This document shows, in pieces, positions 35,356 to 49,732 of a stretch of 64,000 nucleotides of DNA (position 1 is its first letter; the number at the start of each line of letters is the position of its first letter). The position numbers and the translations under genes were made by a program. This DNA is from Hormiphora californensis (Eukaryota; Animalia; Ctenophora): contig CM035362.1 in assembly GCA_020137815.1 (NCBI GenBank), forward strand, positions 4,712,001 to 4,776,000. The letters run 5' to 3'. The notes under the pieces are model-generated. The model did not search any database and was not told the DNA's origin. It worked only from the letters and a program-made list of their open reading frames with translations.

Positions 35356-37046
35356 TCATGAGTGTTTTTCTGAACATGTTGCTTCGTGAAGTAGCCTAGA
35401 ATCAGAACGAGGAAATGTTTTCCCACACTTACTGCAAGGAAATGGCTTCTCCCCAGTGTGAATTCGCATATGACTCTTCATGTTGCTTTTTAGAGTACAC
35501 GTCTTTCCACAGACCTCACATTTGAATGGACGCTCACCAGTATGAACCAGTTTGTGTCTTTTATGATTACTGAATTTAGTAAACGTCATTTCACACACCT
35601 CACATTTATAAGGCTTAATTCCACTATGTACCCGCTGGTGTTGAATCAGATCGCCGTTTCTTTTGAAACTCATCGGACAAATATCACACTGGAACTCCTT
35701 TTTTGGGTGTGCAGTTTCAATGTGCTCGTACAACTCTGGTTTAGTTAATCTTACTCCACAGTTTTTGACAGGGCACGAAACAATATTACCATGAAAAAGG
35801 ATCTGATGTCGATTTAAATTAATTTTACGGAAAAAGCTTTTTTCACACTCCTTACATTTGTGTGGTTTGTGTCCACTGTGGGCCAAATGGTGTTGAGTAA
35901 GATGCGAAACATGTGAAAAAAGCCATAGGACAAATATCACAGAAAAGTTTTCTATCAGGATGGTCTTCTCAAATGTGCTGATACAAGTCCTTCTCTGATG
36001 ACTTCCAAACTGAACAACCCCTGATTTTGCACTGGATGGCCGAATTTTGATCATTTCCTTCGACAAATCCCATAGAAATCAGTTTCCCTCGTTGATTACA
36101 TTCACCGCCAGGATGTTTTAGCTGAAAATCAATTTGACTTGAAGACTCGCCGAGATAAGCTTCTGGAACTTGATTCATTTCAGCTCCTTCGACGTTTTGG
36201 ATCTTCCCTGTAGATTTCATGCAGGGTTCTGTATTGTTGGGAGTGCTTTGCTGTTGAAGAATTTCTTGTTGCTGGTAAAGAGGGGGATCTGTTGACTCGT
36301 CTCCATCGAATTTAGAAATCGTATTATCTGAAAGAAAAGGGAGGATTAGATTTTCACTGACTATAAAATTATAATGAGATGAATGACAAAATTAGTAGTA
36401 GAATCTAAATATCACAATCTGAGTCAAAGTAAATTGACGGGGTGGTGCTGACGAACTCACCTTTATCAAAGAAAAGAGTCTCAACTGGTGGAACAGCGGA
36501 AATATCAGAAACTGAGTCATAGTAGAACGGATCAGCATCCACTGTCATTTCATGATCATCCAAACATCCATCCTCCAATTCAATAATTTCAGGAGCCTCT
36601 GATGGTGGATCAGTTGAAATGGGATGAACCGAGTCATAGTAAACAGGATCTATACTCTCTATCTTTACAGGATCCACTGCCATTTCATCACCCAAACATC
36701 CAACCTCAGATCCCAGTGTACTAGAACTTTCTGCTTGAATCTCGGGGACACTTGACCCAGTTTGAGTTCCAACTTCCACCAACTTGTCTGTTTTAACAAT
36801 TCTATACCCTGGATCTAGAAGACCACTACCTGATTTTCCACAACCATCACATGTGAATAAAATTAGATCATCATCTGTTCCTGAAACTGTTAAAATCTTG
36901 GAGACTGGACAGGGAGTGAAAATCGCAGGTTTGATGTCACTTTCCATGTATATTGGTTCGGTTTTCAGAAGGGGAGGAAGTTCAAACTTTCTACCAGTTG
37001 TCAATGAGACTGAATTACCAGATTCACCAGGTTTTTGGTATGCCAT
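35356..37046 (-). pseudogene. ZNF array gene (unit 11, long first exon) with a +1 frameshift in finger 2 (or an assembly error)
   Basis: Exons 37046-36461, 36327-35356; frame breaks at a T6 run (~35916-35921); removing one T restores CPMAFSHVSHL. Confidence 0.75.
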
Positions 37047-37150
37047 GATTTAACCTGCGAGAAAAGAAAACTTTAAAACAGTGGTAATTCCCTACACATA
37101 ATAGTTAGAAGGGATGGGAGGGAGGGAGGAAATAGTTAATAAACATAAAG

Positions 37151-37223
37151 TTTGGTGGCGCCGTCATTCAGGCCGTTTTGGCGCGCTACGCTCGTGAGTT
37201 GTAAGGGTGACTGCGTCACCAAA
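37151..37223. mobile_element. 73-bp MITE; deleted copy at ~43420-43470
   Basis: tttggtg..caccaaa termini, 7-bp direct repeat cataaag; present at the homologous position of both duplicated blocks. Confidence 0.7.
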
Positions 37224-37583
37224 CATAAAGTCAATGAATAGCACATTAAAAAAGGTCAAGTAAAGTCTAGTGCTTGACATTTAACCATGAACACTTTCTT
37301 TACTAATTCAATTCCACACTTATAATAGAGATTGTAGTCAATAATGTTCATAATACATATAATATCGCCATATAATTGTATTCAATACAATCCTGGGCAG
37401 GGTAACTCATGAAGACAGCGCTCTCCTCAGTAAACAAAGGGAAAGAGGGCAGCGCTGCTAGGATATATCCTTCGTTTTTAGTTAGTAAAAACACTTTATC
37501 GTCATTGAATGAGAGGATGTCTTTTCCTTCTCACTTGGGTGTCTTATTCACATGGCACACAGAGAGAAGATACAACGGTGCCC

Positions 37584-38469
<886 letters not shown>

Positions 38470-38711
38470 GATTTAACCTGCGAGTAGAGAGAACTTTAAA
38501 ACAGTGGTAATTCCCTACACATAATAGTTAGAAGGGATGGGAGGGAGAAATTAAACACAAAGTCAACAGACGGTACATAAAACAAGTGATAGTTTAGTAC
38601 TTGACATTTAACTGTTAAACGACCACCATAAAAACTTTCTTTGCTCATTCAGTCTTACAATTAAAAGTAAATTCCTGTCAAATGTTAAAAATCATATCGT
38701 GATAGACAATA

Positions 38712-39879
38712 CTACTTTCCTGAACATTTAGCCTCGTGAAGACGTCTATAAGAAGCCTGACTAAATGTTTTCATACACTTACTGCAAGGAAATGGTTTCT
38801 CTCCAGTGTGTGTCATCATGTGCCGCTTCAAGGAACTTGTTTGAGTAAATGCTTTTCCACAGACCTCACATTTGAATGGACGCTCACCAGTATGAACCAG
38901 TTTGTGCCTTTTATAATTACTTGACATAGCGAATGTCTTGCCACACTCCTCACATTTAAAAGATTTTATTCCACTATGAACATGTTGGTGTTTTACCAAG
39001 CTGTCATTCGCCATGAAACTCATAGGACAAATGTCACATTGGAACTCCTTTTTTTGGTGTGCAGTTTCAATGTGCTCGTACAATTCTGATTTCGGTAGTC
39101 TAACTCCACAATTTTTAACACGGCACAAAACGATATTGCCATGAACAAGGATCTGATGATGATTTAAACTATATTCAAAGGCAAAGCTGATTCCACACTC
39201 CTTACATTTGTGTGGTTTGTATCCACTGTGGGCCAGGTGGTGTCGAGTAAGATCCGAAGTTTGTAAAAAAGCCATGGGACAAACATCACAGAAGTGTTTC
39301 CTATCAGAATGGTCTTCTCGAATGTGCTGATACAAGTCCTTCTCTGATGACTTCCAAACTGAACAACGCCTGATTTTACACTGGAATAGTTTAGCACGTT
39401 TGATACACAGAATCATCCTGGTAGATTTTAGTTCGGTTTGAAAAGTAGCAGATTCTTTAGGAAGGGATTGTTGGGAAGGAACTCGTTGTCGCTGGGAAAG
39501 AGGTGGATTTGTAGTGGCTGACTCTCCTTCTTCACTAGAATCCTGTTTATTGAATTTCTCACCTCCAGTTTGGATCGGAACACCTGCAGGATATATTTAC
39601 AATGATTAGATGCAATAATTAGTATTAAAAGAAAAACCAAACGGGTTATTGATTATTAGATCAACTTCCACAATTGGCAAACTCACCATAATCTGAGGAA
39701 ACCACATTTGATGGGACATCAGAAATTGGGCAGGAAGTAAACATCTCAACTTTGATGTCATTTTCCACGTATATTGGTTCGGTTTTCAGAAGGGGAGGAA
39801 TTTCAAATTGTGGTTCAGATTTTACGACAGGTTGTTCTGAACTACCAGTTCTTGTTCTACCAGGTTTTCTTTTTGCCAT
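38712..39879 (-). CDS. ZNF array gene (unit 9, MAK-type), exons 39879-39687, 39583-38712, ~354 aa
   Basis: Shared first exon plus 8 fingers; frame intact. Confidence 0.9.
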
Positions 39880-40091
39880 TGTATGTCCTGCATGAAAAAA
39901 TGGGAGTGTTGACAAAAAAGTGTTACTGACTCACAATATCTTTTATCAACATGAGTGAAAGTGATAGGGGAGCGGAGAAATAGACGCAGAGTGAATGATA
40001 AAAATTATTATGATTTATAAAAAGTGCATCAAACACGTTAATATCACTCTCACAGTCACTCTATGGGTCAGTTCAGCTGTCTTCGCTCATG

Positions 40092-41566
40092 TCATCTGAA
40101 TCGGGAATCACAATCAGAGTCTGACAGCCAATCATTTTCCCATTCACCATCAGAGTTCTCAACATCAGCACAAACCATTCCTTCATCATCACTGGGGCAG
40201 GGGGAAGAGTCGAGAGCCGGTGGCTCGGGTGTTTGGTTTGCAGCAGGATGATCAGGTAAAGGAGGAAGAACTCGGGAGGGTGCTGGTCGCCGCGAAATGA
40301 GAGATCCTCCTGTTGCCAAGGGGTCTCGAAAGTGGCCAGTGACTGGATCGGTATTGGGAAGAGCATGGATATCCTTCCTGAATACGAGACGACTTTTGCC
40401 GGCAATCTCAGGATTAGACACTTTGGAAACACTCTGCTCAGTGAACACACCCAAGAAGAAATGATCAGTACACACACGGGCTGCTGGGCCAGGTACCCAC
40501 TTGTCTCTCTTCAAACGTAAAGCCCATCTCTTTTTCTGATTAACGTCTCGGGGGAAAGGCATGTACCGTAGGAAGGTTCGCCCAGTGATCTTGCTGCAAT
40601 TGTCGGTAGCTGACCTATTGTTACAACCATATGCAACACAACAAGAGCCACCCTTTTTTGGGTGTGAAGTTTCAATGTGCTTGAACAACTCTATTTTAGG
40701 TAATTTAACTCCACAATTTTTAACACGGCACAAAATGATATTGCATTTAACAAGGATCTGATGTTGGTGTAAAAGACATTTAAATGCAAAGTTTTGTCCA
40801 CACTCCTTACATTTGTGTGGTTTGTATCCACTGTGACCCAAATGGTGTTGAGTAAGATGCGAAACATGCTTGAAAGCCATTGGACAAACATCACAGAAGT
40901 GTTTCCTATCAGGATGGTCGTCTCGAATGTGCTGATACAATTCCTTATCTGATGACTTCCAAACTGAACAACTCCTGATTTTACATTGGAATATTTTAGC
41001 ACGTTTCCGGTTTAGTCCATCACAGTCCAGTGTAGTAGCCGTTTCTTTAGGAAGAGATTGTTGGGAAGGAACTCGTTGTCGCTGGGAAAGAGGTGGATTT
41101 GCAGTGGTTAACTCAATTTCTTCACTAGAATCTTGTTTATTGAATATCTCTCCTTCAGTTTTGATCGAAACACCTGTAGGATAGATGCGATAATCATTAT
41201 TGGAAATTAAACCAACAAGGCTTCAAATCAATGATTTGATCATGAACAAATGAATACAACTATTCACAATTCTTGATACTATATTATCTAATTCTTATAC
41301 AGAACTACTGAAGACTCAAAGATGTTATAACGTCTTCCAGTCTCTAGTATTCCATACCAGGCATGAATATCACCTCAAAACTCACCATAATCTGAGGAAA
41401 CCACATTTGATGGAGCATCAGATATTGGACAGGGAATAAACATAACAGGTTTGATGTCACTTTCCATATATATTGGTTCGGTTTTCAGAAGGGGAGGAAT
41501 TTCAAACTTTCTACCAGTTGCCAATGAGACTGAATTACCAGATTCACCAGGTTTTTGATCTGCCAT
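40092..41566 (-). CDS. Chimeric ZNF-THAP gene (unit 8): shared exon, fingers 1-4, in-frame THAP domain; exons 41566-41386, 41173-40092, ~420 aa
   Basis: After finger 4 (..HIETSHPKK) the sequence switches at ~40651 to GGSCCVAYGC..PFP..RW..W.P...VCTDHF..ALPN, a THAP C2CH signature. Confidence 0.85.
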
Positions 41567-41799
41567 AATTTAACCTGCGAGAAGAGAAAACTTTAAAACA
41601 GTGGTAATTGCCTATGCATAATAACTAGAAGGGAGGGGGAAGTAGAAAATAAACAAAAAGTCAATGGACAGAACATTAAATAAGTGAAAGTTAAGTACTT
41701 GGCATTTCACCACCATAAACACTTTCTTTATCCCTTCTATTTCACCTTTTAAAATTAAATTGCTGTCAAATGTTCATAAAAAACATATCATGGAAATCA

Positions 41800-43349
41800 T
41801 TACTCCTTTCCTGAACATTTAACCTCATGAAGACGTCTTAAAGAAGCCCGTGTATATTGTTTCCCACACTTACTGCAAGGAAATGGTTTCTCACCAGTGT
41901 GAGTGCTCATGTGACGCTTCAAGGAACTTGTTTGGGTAAATGCTTTTCCACAGACCCCACATTTGAATGGACGCTCACCAGTATGAACCAGTTTGTGTGT
42001 TTTATAATTAGATATTTGAGTAAACGACTTCTCACACACCTCACAAGCAAAAGGTTTGATTCCATTATGTATCCGCTGGTGTTGATTCAATTCCTTGTTT
42101 GTGTTGAAACTCATCGGACAAATATCACACTGGAACTCCTTTTTTGGGTGTGCAGTTTCAATGTGCTCGTATAAATCTTCCTTAGGTAATCTAACTCGAC
42201 AGTTTTTCACACGGCACATAACAATACTGCTATGAACAAGGATCTGATGTTGATGTAAATCAGATTTATGCAGAAAGCTTTTTCCACACTCCTTACATTT
42301 ATGTGGTTTGTATCCACTGTGACCAAGATGATGTTGAGTAAGATCCGAAACTTTCTTGAAAGCCATAGGACAAACGTCACAAAAGTGCTTCCTATCAGGA
42401 TGGTCTTCTCGAATGTGCTGATACAAGTCCTTCTCTGATGACTTCCAAACTGAACAACCCTTGATTTTACACTGGATGGCTGAATTTTGATCATTTCCTT
42501 CGACAAATCCCATAGAAATCAGTTTCCCTCGTTGATTACATTCACCGCGAGGATGTTTTAGCTGAATATCAATTTGACTTGAAGACTCGCCGAGATAAGC
42601 TTCTGGTACTTGATTCATTTCAGCTCCTTCGACGTTTTGGATCTTCCCAGTAGATTTCATGCAGGGTACTGGATAGTTGGGAGTGCATTGCTGTTGAAGA
42701 ATTTGTTGTTGCTGGTGATGAGGGGGATATGTTGACTCGTCTCCATCGAATTTAGAAATCGTATTATCTGAAAGAAGAGGGAGGATTAGATTTTCACTGA
42801 CTATAAAATAATGATGAGATGAATGACAAAATCAGTAGTAGAATCTAAATATCACAATCTGAGTATTGACGGGGTGGTGCTGACGAACTCACCTTTATCA
42901 AAGAAAAGAGTCTCAACTGGTGGAACAGCGGAAATATCAGAAACTGAGTCATAGTAGAAGGGATCAGCATCCATCTTTACAGGATCCACTGCCATTTCAT
43001 CACCCAAACATCCAACCTCAGATCCCAGTGTACTAGAACTTTCTGCTTGAATCTCAGTATCACGTGACCCAGTTTGAGTTCCAACTTCCACCAACTTGTC
43101 TGTTTTAACAATTCTATACCCTGGATCTAGACGACCACTACCTGATTTTCCACAACCATCACATGTGAATAAAATTAGATTATCCTCTGTCCCTGAAATC
43201 TTGGAGACTGGACAGGGAGTGAAAATCGCAGGTTTGATGTCATCTTCCATGTAGATTGGTTCGGTTTTCAGAAGGGGAGGAATTTCAAACTTTCTATCAG
43301 CTGTCAATGAGACTGAATTACCAGGTTCACCAGGTTTTTGGTCTGCCAT
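41800..43349 (-). CDS. ZNF array gene (unit 7, long first exon), exons 43349-42893, 42767-41800, ~474 aa
   Basis: Shared motif plus extension (FTCDGCG..VEVGTQT) plus 8 fingers; frame intact. Confidence 0.88.
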
Positions 43350-43821
43350 GATTTAACCTTCAAGAATAGAGAATTTTAAAATTGTGGTAATTGACTACAC
43401 ATATATATTTAGAAGGGAGTTTGGTGGCGCCGTCACTCAGGCCGTTTTGGCCCGCTACGCTCGTCACCAAACATAATTCATAAAGTCAATGAATAGCACA
43501 TAAAAAAGGTCAAGTAAAAGTCTAGTGCTTGACATTTAACCATGAACACTTTCTTTACTAATTTAATTCCGCACTTATAATAAATTATAGTCAATAATGT
43601 TCATAATACATATCGCCATAATATTATTATATCAATACAATCCTTGGTTAATGAAGACAGCGCTCTTCTCAATAAACAAAGGGAAAGAGGGAAGCGCTGC
43701 TAAAGGATATATCCTTCGATATTAGTTAGTAAAAACACTTTATCGTCATTGAATGAGAGGATGTCTTTTCCTTCTTTCTTGGGTGTCTTATGGCACACAG
43801 AGAGAAGATACAACAGTGCTC

Positions 43822-44090
43822 CTAACATTCTTCTTTCTTTCCTTTCGCCTGTGAAAAGTTAACGGCAAGGTTTTCATCTGGGTTACAAGAAGGACCGCCG
43901 GACTAAGGTCCAAGATGTGAGATGCGGAGGGTGGTAGATTGATAGAAACAAAAAAAAAAGAAGAAGAACAATTCGAGAAAATAAAACTTACTTCAAGGAA
44001 GGCTATACGCTTTTTCAATCTCTGAATCTCTTCCTCCTTCGTCTCTTGTCGGTCCTCTTCCGCTTGTCGGTCTCTCAACCGCTGTCGCTG

Positions 44091-44177
<87 letters not shown>

Positions 44178-44694
44178 CAAAATACCTTTAATTTGGCCTG
44201 GAACATCTCATTTATTATTTCCATTGTTTCCCCCATCTTCTCCGCACACACCTCATCTAGGGATTTCCCCTCTCTCTTTGCCTTAGATCTTGCTAAGGCC
44301 ATCACTGTCGCCACGAAAGTCTCGGTCTCTTTACAAGCTTTCGCCTTTTCTGAATGGAGATGAAAGAGGAGACTATACGAAAAGAAAGAAATAATTCTGA
44401 GAAGATAGATTCTAATTAAGGAATACTGAAGACTTGAAGAAGTCTTCAGCAGTCCTTAATTAACTTTATTTGTAACATCAAGTAGTTGGGTTTTTGAACA
44501 GCTCAAAACTCACCATAATCTGAGGAAACCACATATGATGGAGCATCAGATCTTTGACAGGGAGTAAACATTACAGGTTTGATGTCATCTTCCATGTATA
44601 TTGGTTCGGTTTTCAGAAGGGGAGGAATTTCAAACTTTCTACCAGTTGGCAATGAGACTGAATTACCAGATTCACCAGGTTTTTGGTATGCCAT
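43822..44694 (-). CDS. Finger-less array member (unit 6): shared exon plus helical/coiled-coil module
   Basis: Paralog of 37584-38469 with the same splice sites; ends AKGKKEEC*. Confidence 0.78.
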
Positions 44695-44961
44695 GAATTA
44701 ACCTGCAAGTAGAGAGAACTTTGAAATAGTGGTAATTCCCTACATATAATAGTTAGAAGGGAGGGGAGGGAGGAAATAAACACAAAGTCAATAGACAGCA
44801 CATAAAACAATTAGTGAAAGTTAAGAACTTGACATTTAACTTATGTTTAAAGAGTCTTTTAAAAAGACCATCATAAACACTTTCTTTGCTCATTCAGTTT
44901 TACAATTAAAATTAAATTGCTGTCAAATGTTTATATGAATCATATATCGTGATAGTCAATG

Positions 44962-46205
44962 CTAGTTTCCTGAACAATTAAACTCATGAACACGTCTATA
45001 AGAAGCCTGACTAAATGTTTTCATACACTTACTGCAAGGAAATGGTTTTTCCCCAGTGTGTGTCCTCATGTGCCGCTTCAAGCTACAATTTAGAGTAAAT
45101 GATTTTTCACAGACATCACATTTGTAAGGACGCTCACCAGTATGAACCAGTTTGTGTCTTTTATAAGTACTGATACGAGTAAACGACTTATCACACACCT
45201 CACATTTAACAGGTTTAATTCCAGTATGTATCCGTTGGTGTTGAATCAGATGGTAGTTTGTTTTGAAACTCATAGGACAAATATCACACTGGAACTCCTT
45301 TTTTGGGTGTGCACTTTCAATGTGCTTGTACAACTCTGGCTTAGGTAGTCTTACTCCACAATTTTTAACACTGCACAAAATGATATTGCATTTAACAAGG
45401 ATCTGATGTTGGTGTAAATCATAATTAAGACCAAAACTTTTTCCACACTCCTTACATTTGTGTGGTTTGTATCCACTGTGACCAAGATGATGTTGAGTAA
45501 GATGCGAAACTTGCTTGAAAGCCATGGGACAAACATCACAGAAGTGTTTCCTATCAGGATGGTCTTCTCGAATGTGCTGATACAAGTCCTTCTCTGATGA
45601 CTTCCAAACTGAACAACTCCTGACTTTACACTGGAACAGTTTAGCACGTTTCCGGTTTAGTCCATCACTGTCCTGTCCAGTAGCCGTTTCTTTAGGAAGG
45701 GATTGTTGGGGAATAACTCGTTGTCGCTGGGAAAGAGGTGGATTTGCAGTGGTTGACTCAATTTCTTCACTAGAATCCTGTTTAATGTTTATTGGATATA
45801 TCTCTCCTTCAGTTTTGATCGGAACACCTGTTGGATAGATGTGATGATTATTATTGGAAATGAAACCAACAAGGCTTCAAAACAATGAATTGATAATGAA
45901 CAAATGAATACAACTATTCACAATTCTTGATACTAATATATTATCTAATTGTTATACAGGACAACAAAGATGTTAGTAGCCCATAGTTAAAATACCAGGT
46001 ATGAATATCACGCTCAAAACTCACCATAATCTGAGAAAACCACATTTGATGGAGCATCAGATATTGGGCAGGGAGTAAACATTACAGGTTTGATGTCATC
46101 TTCCAAGTATATTGGTTCGGTTTTCAGAAGGGGAGGAATTTCAAACTTTCTACCAGTTGGCAATGAGACTGAATTACCAGATTCACCAGATTTTTGGTAT
46201 GCCAT
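44962..46205 (-). CDS. ZNF array gene (unit 5), exons 46205-46025, 45827-44962, ~348 aa
   Basis: Shared first exon plus 8 fingers. Confidence 0.9.
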
Positions 46206-46595
46206 GAATTAACCTGCAAGTAGAGAGAACTTTAAAACAGAGATAATTGCTTACACATATAATTAGAAGGGAGGGGAAGGAGGAAGTAAACACATAGTCA
46301 AAAGACAACTCATATAACAAGTGAAAGTTAAGTACTTGACATTAAACTTATGTTAAAAGACCACTACAAACACTTTCTTTGCCCATTAATTTAAAATTAA
46401 AAGGAAATTGCTGTCAAATATTCATTAAAAATACATATCGTGATAGTCAATACTACTCTCCCGAGAATTAACTTCAATACTTTATTGTCGATTGGGCACG
46501 ATCGAGCTCAATCGAACCAAGAGCAGCAACAAAGTGAAACAAGTTCCACTCAACAGATCTTTGTGATCGAAACATTTGTTTGGAACTAACTTGTT

Positions 46596-49499
46596 TCACT
46601 TTGTTTGTTGTTGTGAACAAAATTTAACTTCATGAAGAAATCTATCAGAAGCCAGTTTATAATTTTTTCCACATTTAATGCAAGGAAATTGTTTTTCCCC
46701 AGTGTGTGTCCTCATGTGATTCCTCAAAATATTTGTTCGAGCAAATAGTTTTCCACAGACCTCACATTTGAATGGACGCTCACCAGTATGGATTCTTTTG
46801 TGTTTGCTTAAATTAGTCGATGCTGCAAACTTCTTACCACATTCCTCACAAGTGTAAGGTTTAACTCCACTATGGGTCCTCCGATGGACATTTAAAGTGG
46901 CGATTTTTTTGAAACTCATAGGACAAATATCACACTGGAACTTCTTTTTTGGGTGTACATTTTCAATATGCTCGTATAACTCTGATTTTGGTAGTAAAAC
47001 TCCACAGTTTTGGAAACGGCAGGAAATAATGATATCGCTACAATGAATTCGCAGATGTCGATTCAGATCATTTTTACAGACATAGCTTTTTTCACATTCC
47101 TTACATTTGTGTGGTTTGTATCCACTGTGACCAAGATGATGTTGAGTAAGATGCGAAACTTTCTTGAAAGCCATGGGACAAACATCACAGAAGTGTTTCC
47201 TATCAGGATGGTCTTCTCGAATGTGCTGATACAAGTCCTTCTCTGATGACTTCCAAACTGAACAACTCCTGATTTTACAGTGGAATAGTTTAGCACGTTT
47301 CCGGTTTAGTCCATCACAGTCCAGTGAAGTAGCTGATTCTTTAGGGAGGGATTGTTGGGAAGGAACTAGTTGTCTCTGGGAAAGAGGTGGATTTGCAGTG
47401 GCTGACTCAATTTCTTCACTAGAATCTTGTTTATTGGATATCTCTCCTTCAGTTTTGATCGGAACACCTGTAGGATAGATGCGATGATTATTATACAACT
47501 AAGTATTCACAATTCTTGATACAGTCGGACCCCGATTTAGGGCCCCCCGATTTAGTGGCACCCCGATTTAGGGACAGGATTTTTTTCCCCCGATATAGGA
47601 AATTAACCTTATTTGACCCCGATTTAGTGGACACCCCGATTTAGTGGACAAGAGCCTTCCCCCGAGGGTGTCCCTAAATCGGGGTCCAACTGTACTATAT
47701 CTAATTCTTATACAGAACTAATGAAGACTCAAAGATGTTACAGTCGGACCCCGATTTAACGGCCCCCGATTTAGCGGCACCCCGATTTAACGGCAGGATA
47801 AATTTCCCCCAAAATTTTTTCCTTGCCCGGGTGAATGCCGAAGGCATTCACACGGATGATCTTTTTAGCACACACGTGCTAAAAAGATCATTCAGGGTTT
47901 AGAAATCAGCAGATCGTGGAGTTAACTAAAAGTGTCCGTCCGTCCGTCCGTCCACCGTTACAAATAGTAACAAAGTCTGCTCCTTCATAAAACTTTCAGC
48001 TCACACTTTGTTGATGCAACAAGGAAATGATTAACACGCACTGTGGCGCGCAAATACTCACTCGTATCACTTCCTACTTTCACCTGAAATCACTTTGGGT
48101 ACCCTACAGCCGTACCATGACGTGGTAGCAAGTCTTTGAAGCATGAAACTACTATCATACAATAATTGTAAGTGACTGGAGTTAAGATGAGTGTACAGTT
48201 GAAGCACTTGGTAACCAACTAGGGTCTCCTAAGCAACTCTCTTGGTTATCATCGCAACTACCTTGGTTACCATAGCAACTGCTTTGATTACCATAGCAAC
48301 CACCCTGGATACCATAGCAACTAACATCGTATCAGCCAAAAATTGCTCTTTGAGTGCAAAATCCATCGGAAAATCCCGTTTTGAAGCTTAGTCATCAATT
48401 TTACACCCATCTGGGGCAGGAAAACACCGCATTATGAATACATAATGCAATAATTCTTGTTTGAAATTTTTTTTGAAATTTTTTTTTGAAATTTTTTTTA
48501 TGAAATTTTTTTTGAAATTTTTTTTGAAAAACCGGGTCCGAATCGTGTTTCGAATCGGTGCATCTTATTGCATGCCTTGCCGGTAAGACGGTTCGAAACG
48601 AACAGATATGTGATCCCCATGAGGCCCATCGAATCGCAATTTTATGACGCTTGTTAAACTGGCCTCATGGGGATCAGGTATCGGTTCGTTTCGAACCGTC
48701 TTATTAGCAACAGGACGTGCGATAAGATGCACTGATTCGAAACACGATTCGGACGTGGTTGATATACCTTTGAAAAATTTCCATAACTTTTTTTGCAAAA
48801 TTTTACAGAATGATTGTCAACACTTTGCTCGGTGCTCCCCATGAATTTTCAGAGAAAAATATATTTTGAAATTCAAATTCTTCCTCACCCCGCTTAAAGT
48901 GCCCCGATTCGGCATGGTATCACGTATCGGTTCGTCTAATTAGCAGCAAGACATGCGATAAGATGCACTGATTCGATAAACGATTCGGACGTGGTTGATA
49001 TAGTACCTTAGAAAATTTTTATAACTTATTTTGAAATTATTTTGAAATTACTTTCTTTTTCTAATCAGAAATGATCATGTAATCAATACATGGACATTGC
49101 ATTTAACACTTAGAGGTGTTTTAGTATAGCATTTTGGACAAAAATAGGGTTTTATGGGCCAAATATGCTCTACCCCGATTTAACGGACACCCCGATTTAA
49201 CGGACAAAACCCTTTCCCCCGAGGGTGCCGTTAAATCGGGGTCCGACTGTATAACGTCTTCCAGTCTCTAGTAGTCCATAGTTAAAATACCAGGCATGAA
49301 TATTACCTCAAAACTCACCATAATCTGAGGAAACCACATTTGATGGAGCATCAGATATTGGGCAGGGAATAAACATAACAGGTTTGATGTCACTTTCCAT
49401 ATATATTGGTTCGGTTTTCAGAAGGGGAGGAATTTCAAACTTTCTACCAGTTGTCAATGAGACTGAATTACCAGATTCAACAGGTTTTTGGTATGCCAT
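46596..49499 (-). CDS. ZNF array gene (unit 4), exons 49499-49319, 47467-46596; intron expanded by two TA-target insertions
   Basis: Shared first exon plus 8 fingers; intron homologous to paralog introns once the insertions are removed. Confidence 0.88.
47522..47692. mobile_element. Tc1/pogo-type MITE family B
   Basis: TA duplication confirmed against the empty paralogous site aattcttga-TA-ctat (e.g. ~50701). Confidence 0.92.
47741..49249. mobile_element. Family-B MITE carrying ~1.25 kb internal cargo (Helentron/DINE-like features)
   Basis: TIRs cagtcggaccccgatttaacgg; TA TSD confirmed by the empty paralog site aaagatgt-TA-taacg; cargo begins with two perfect hairpins (47831-47851, 47857-47890) and (GTCC)n at 47934-47953. 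Confidence 0.85.
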
Positions 49500-49732
49500 G
49501 AATAAACCTACGAGAATAGAAAACTTTAAAAAAGTGGTAATTGCCTGTGCATAATAACTAGAAGGGAGGGGGAAGTAGAAAATAAACAAAAAGTCAATGG
49601 ACAGAACATTAAATAAGTGAAAGTTAAGTACTTGGCATTTCACCACCATAAACACTTTCTTTATCCCTTCTATTTCACCTTTTAAAATTAAATTGCTGTC
49701 AAATGTTCATAAAAAACATATCATGGAAATCA

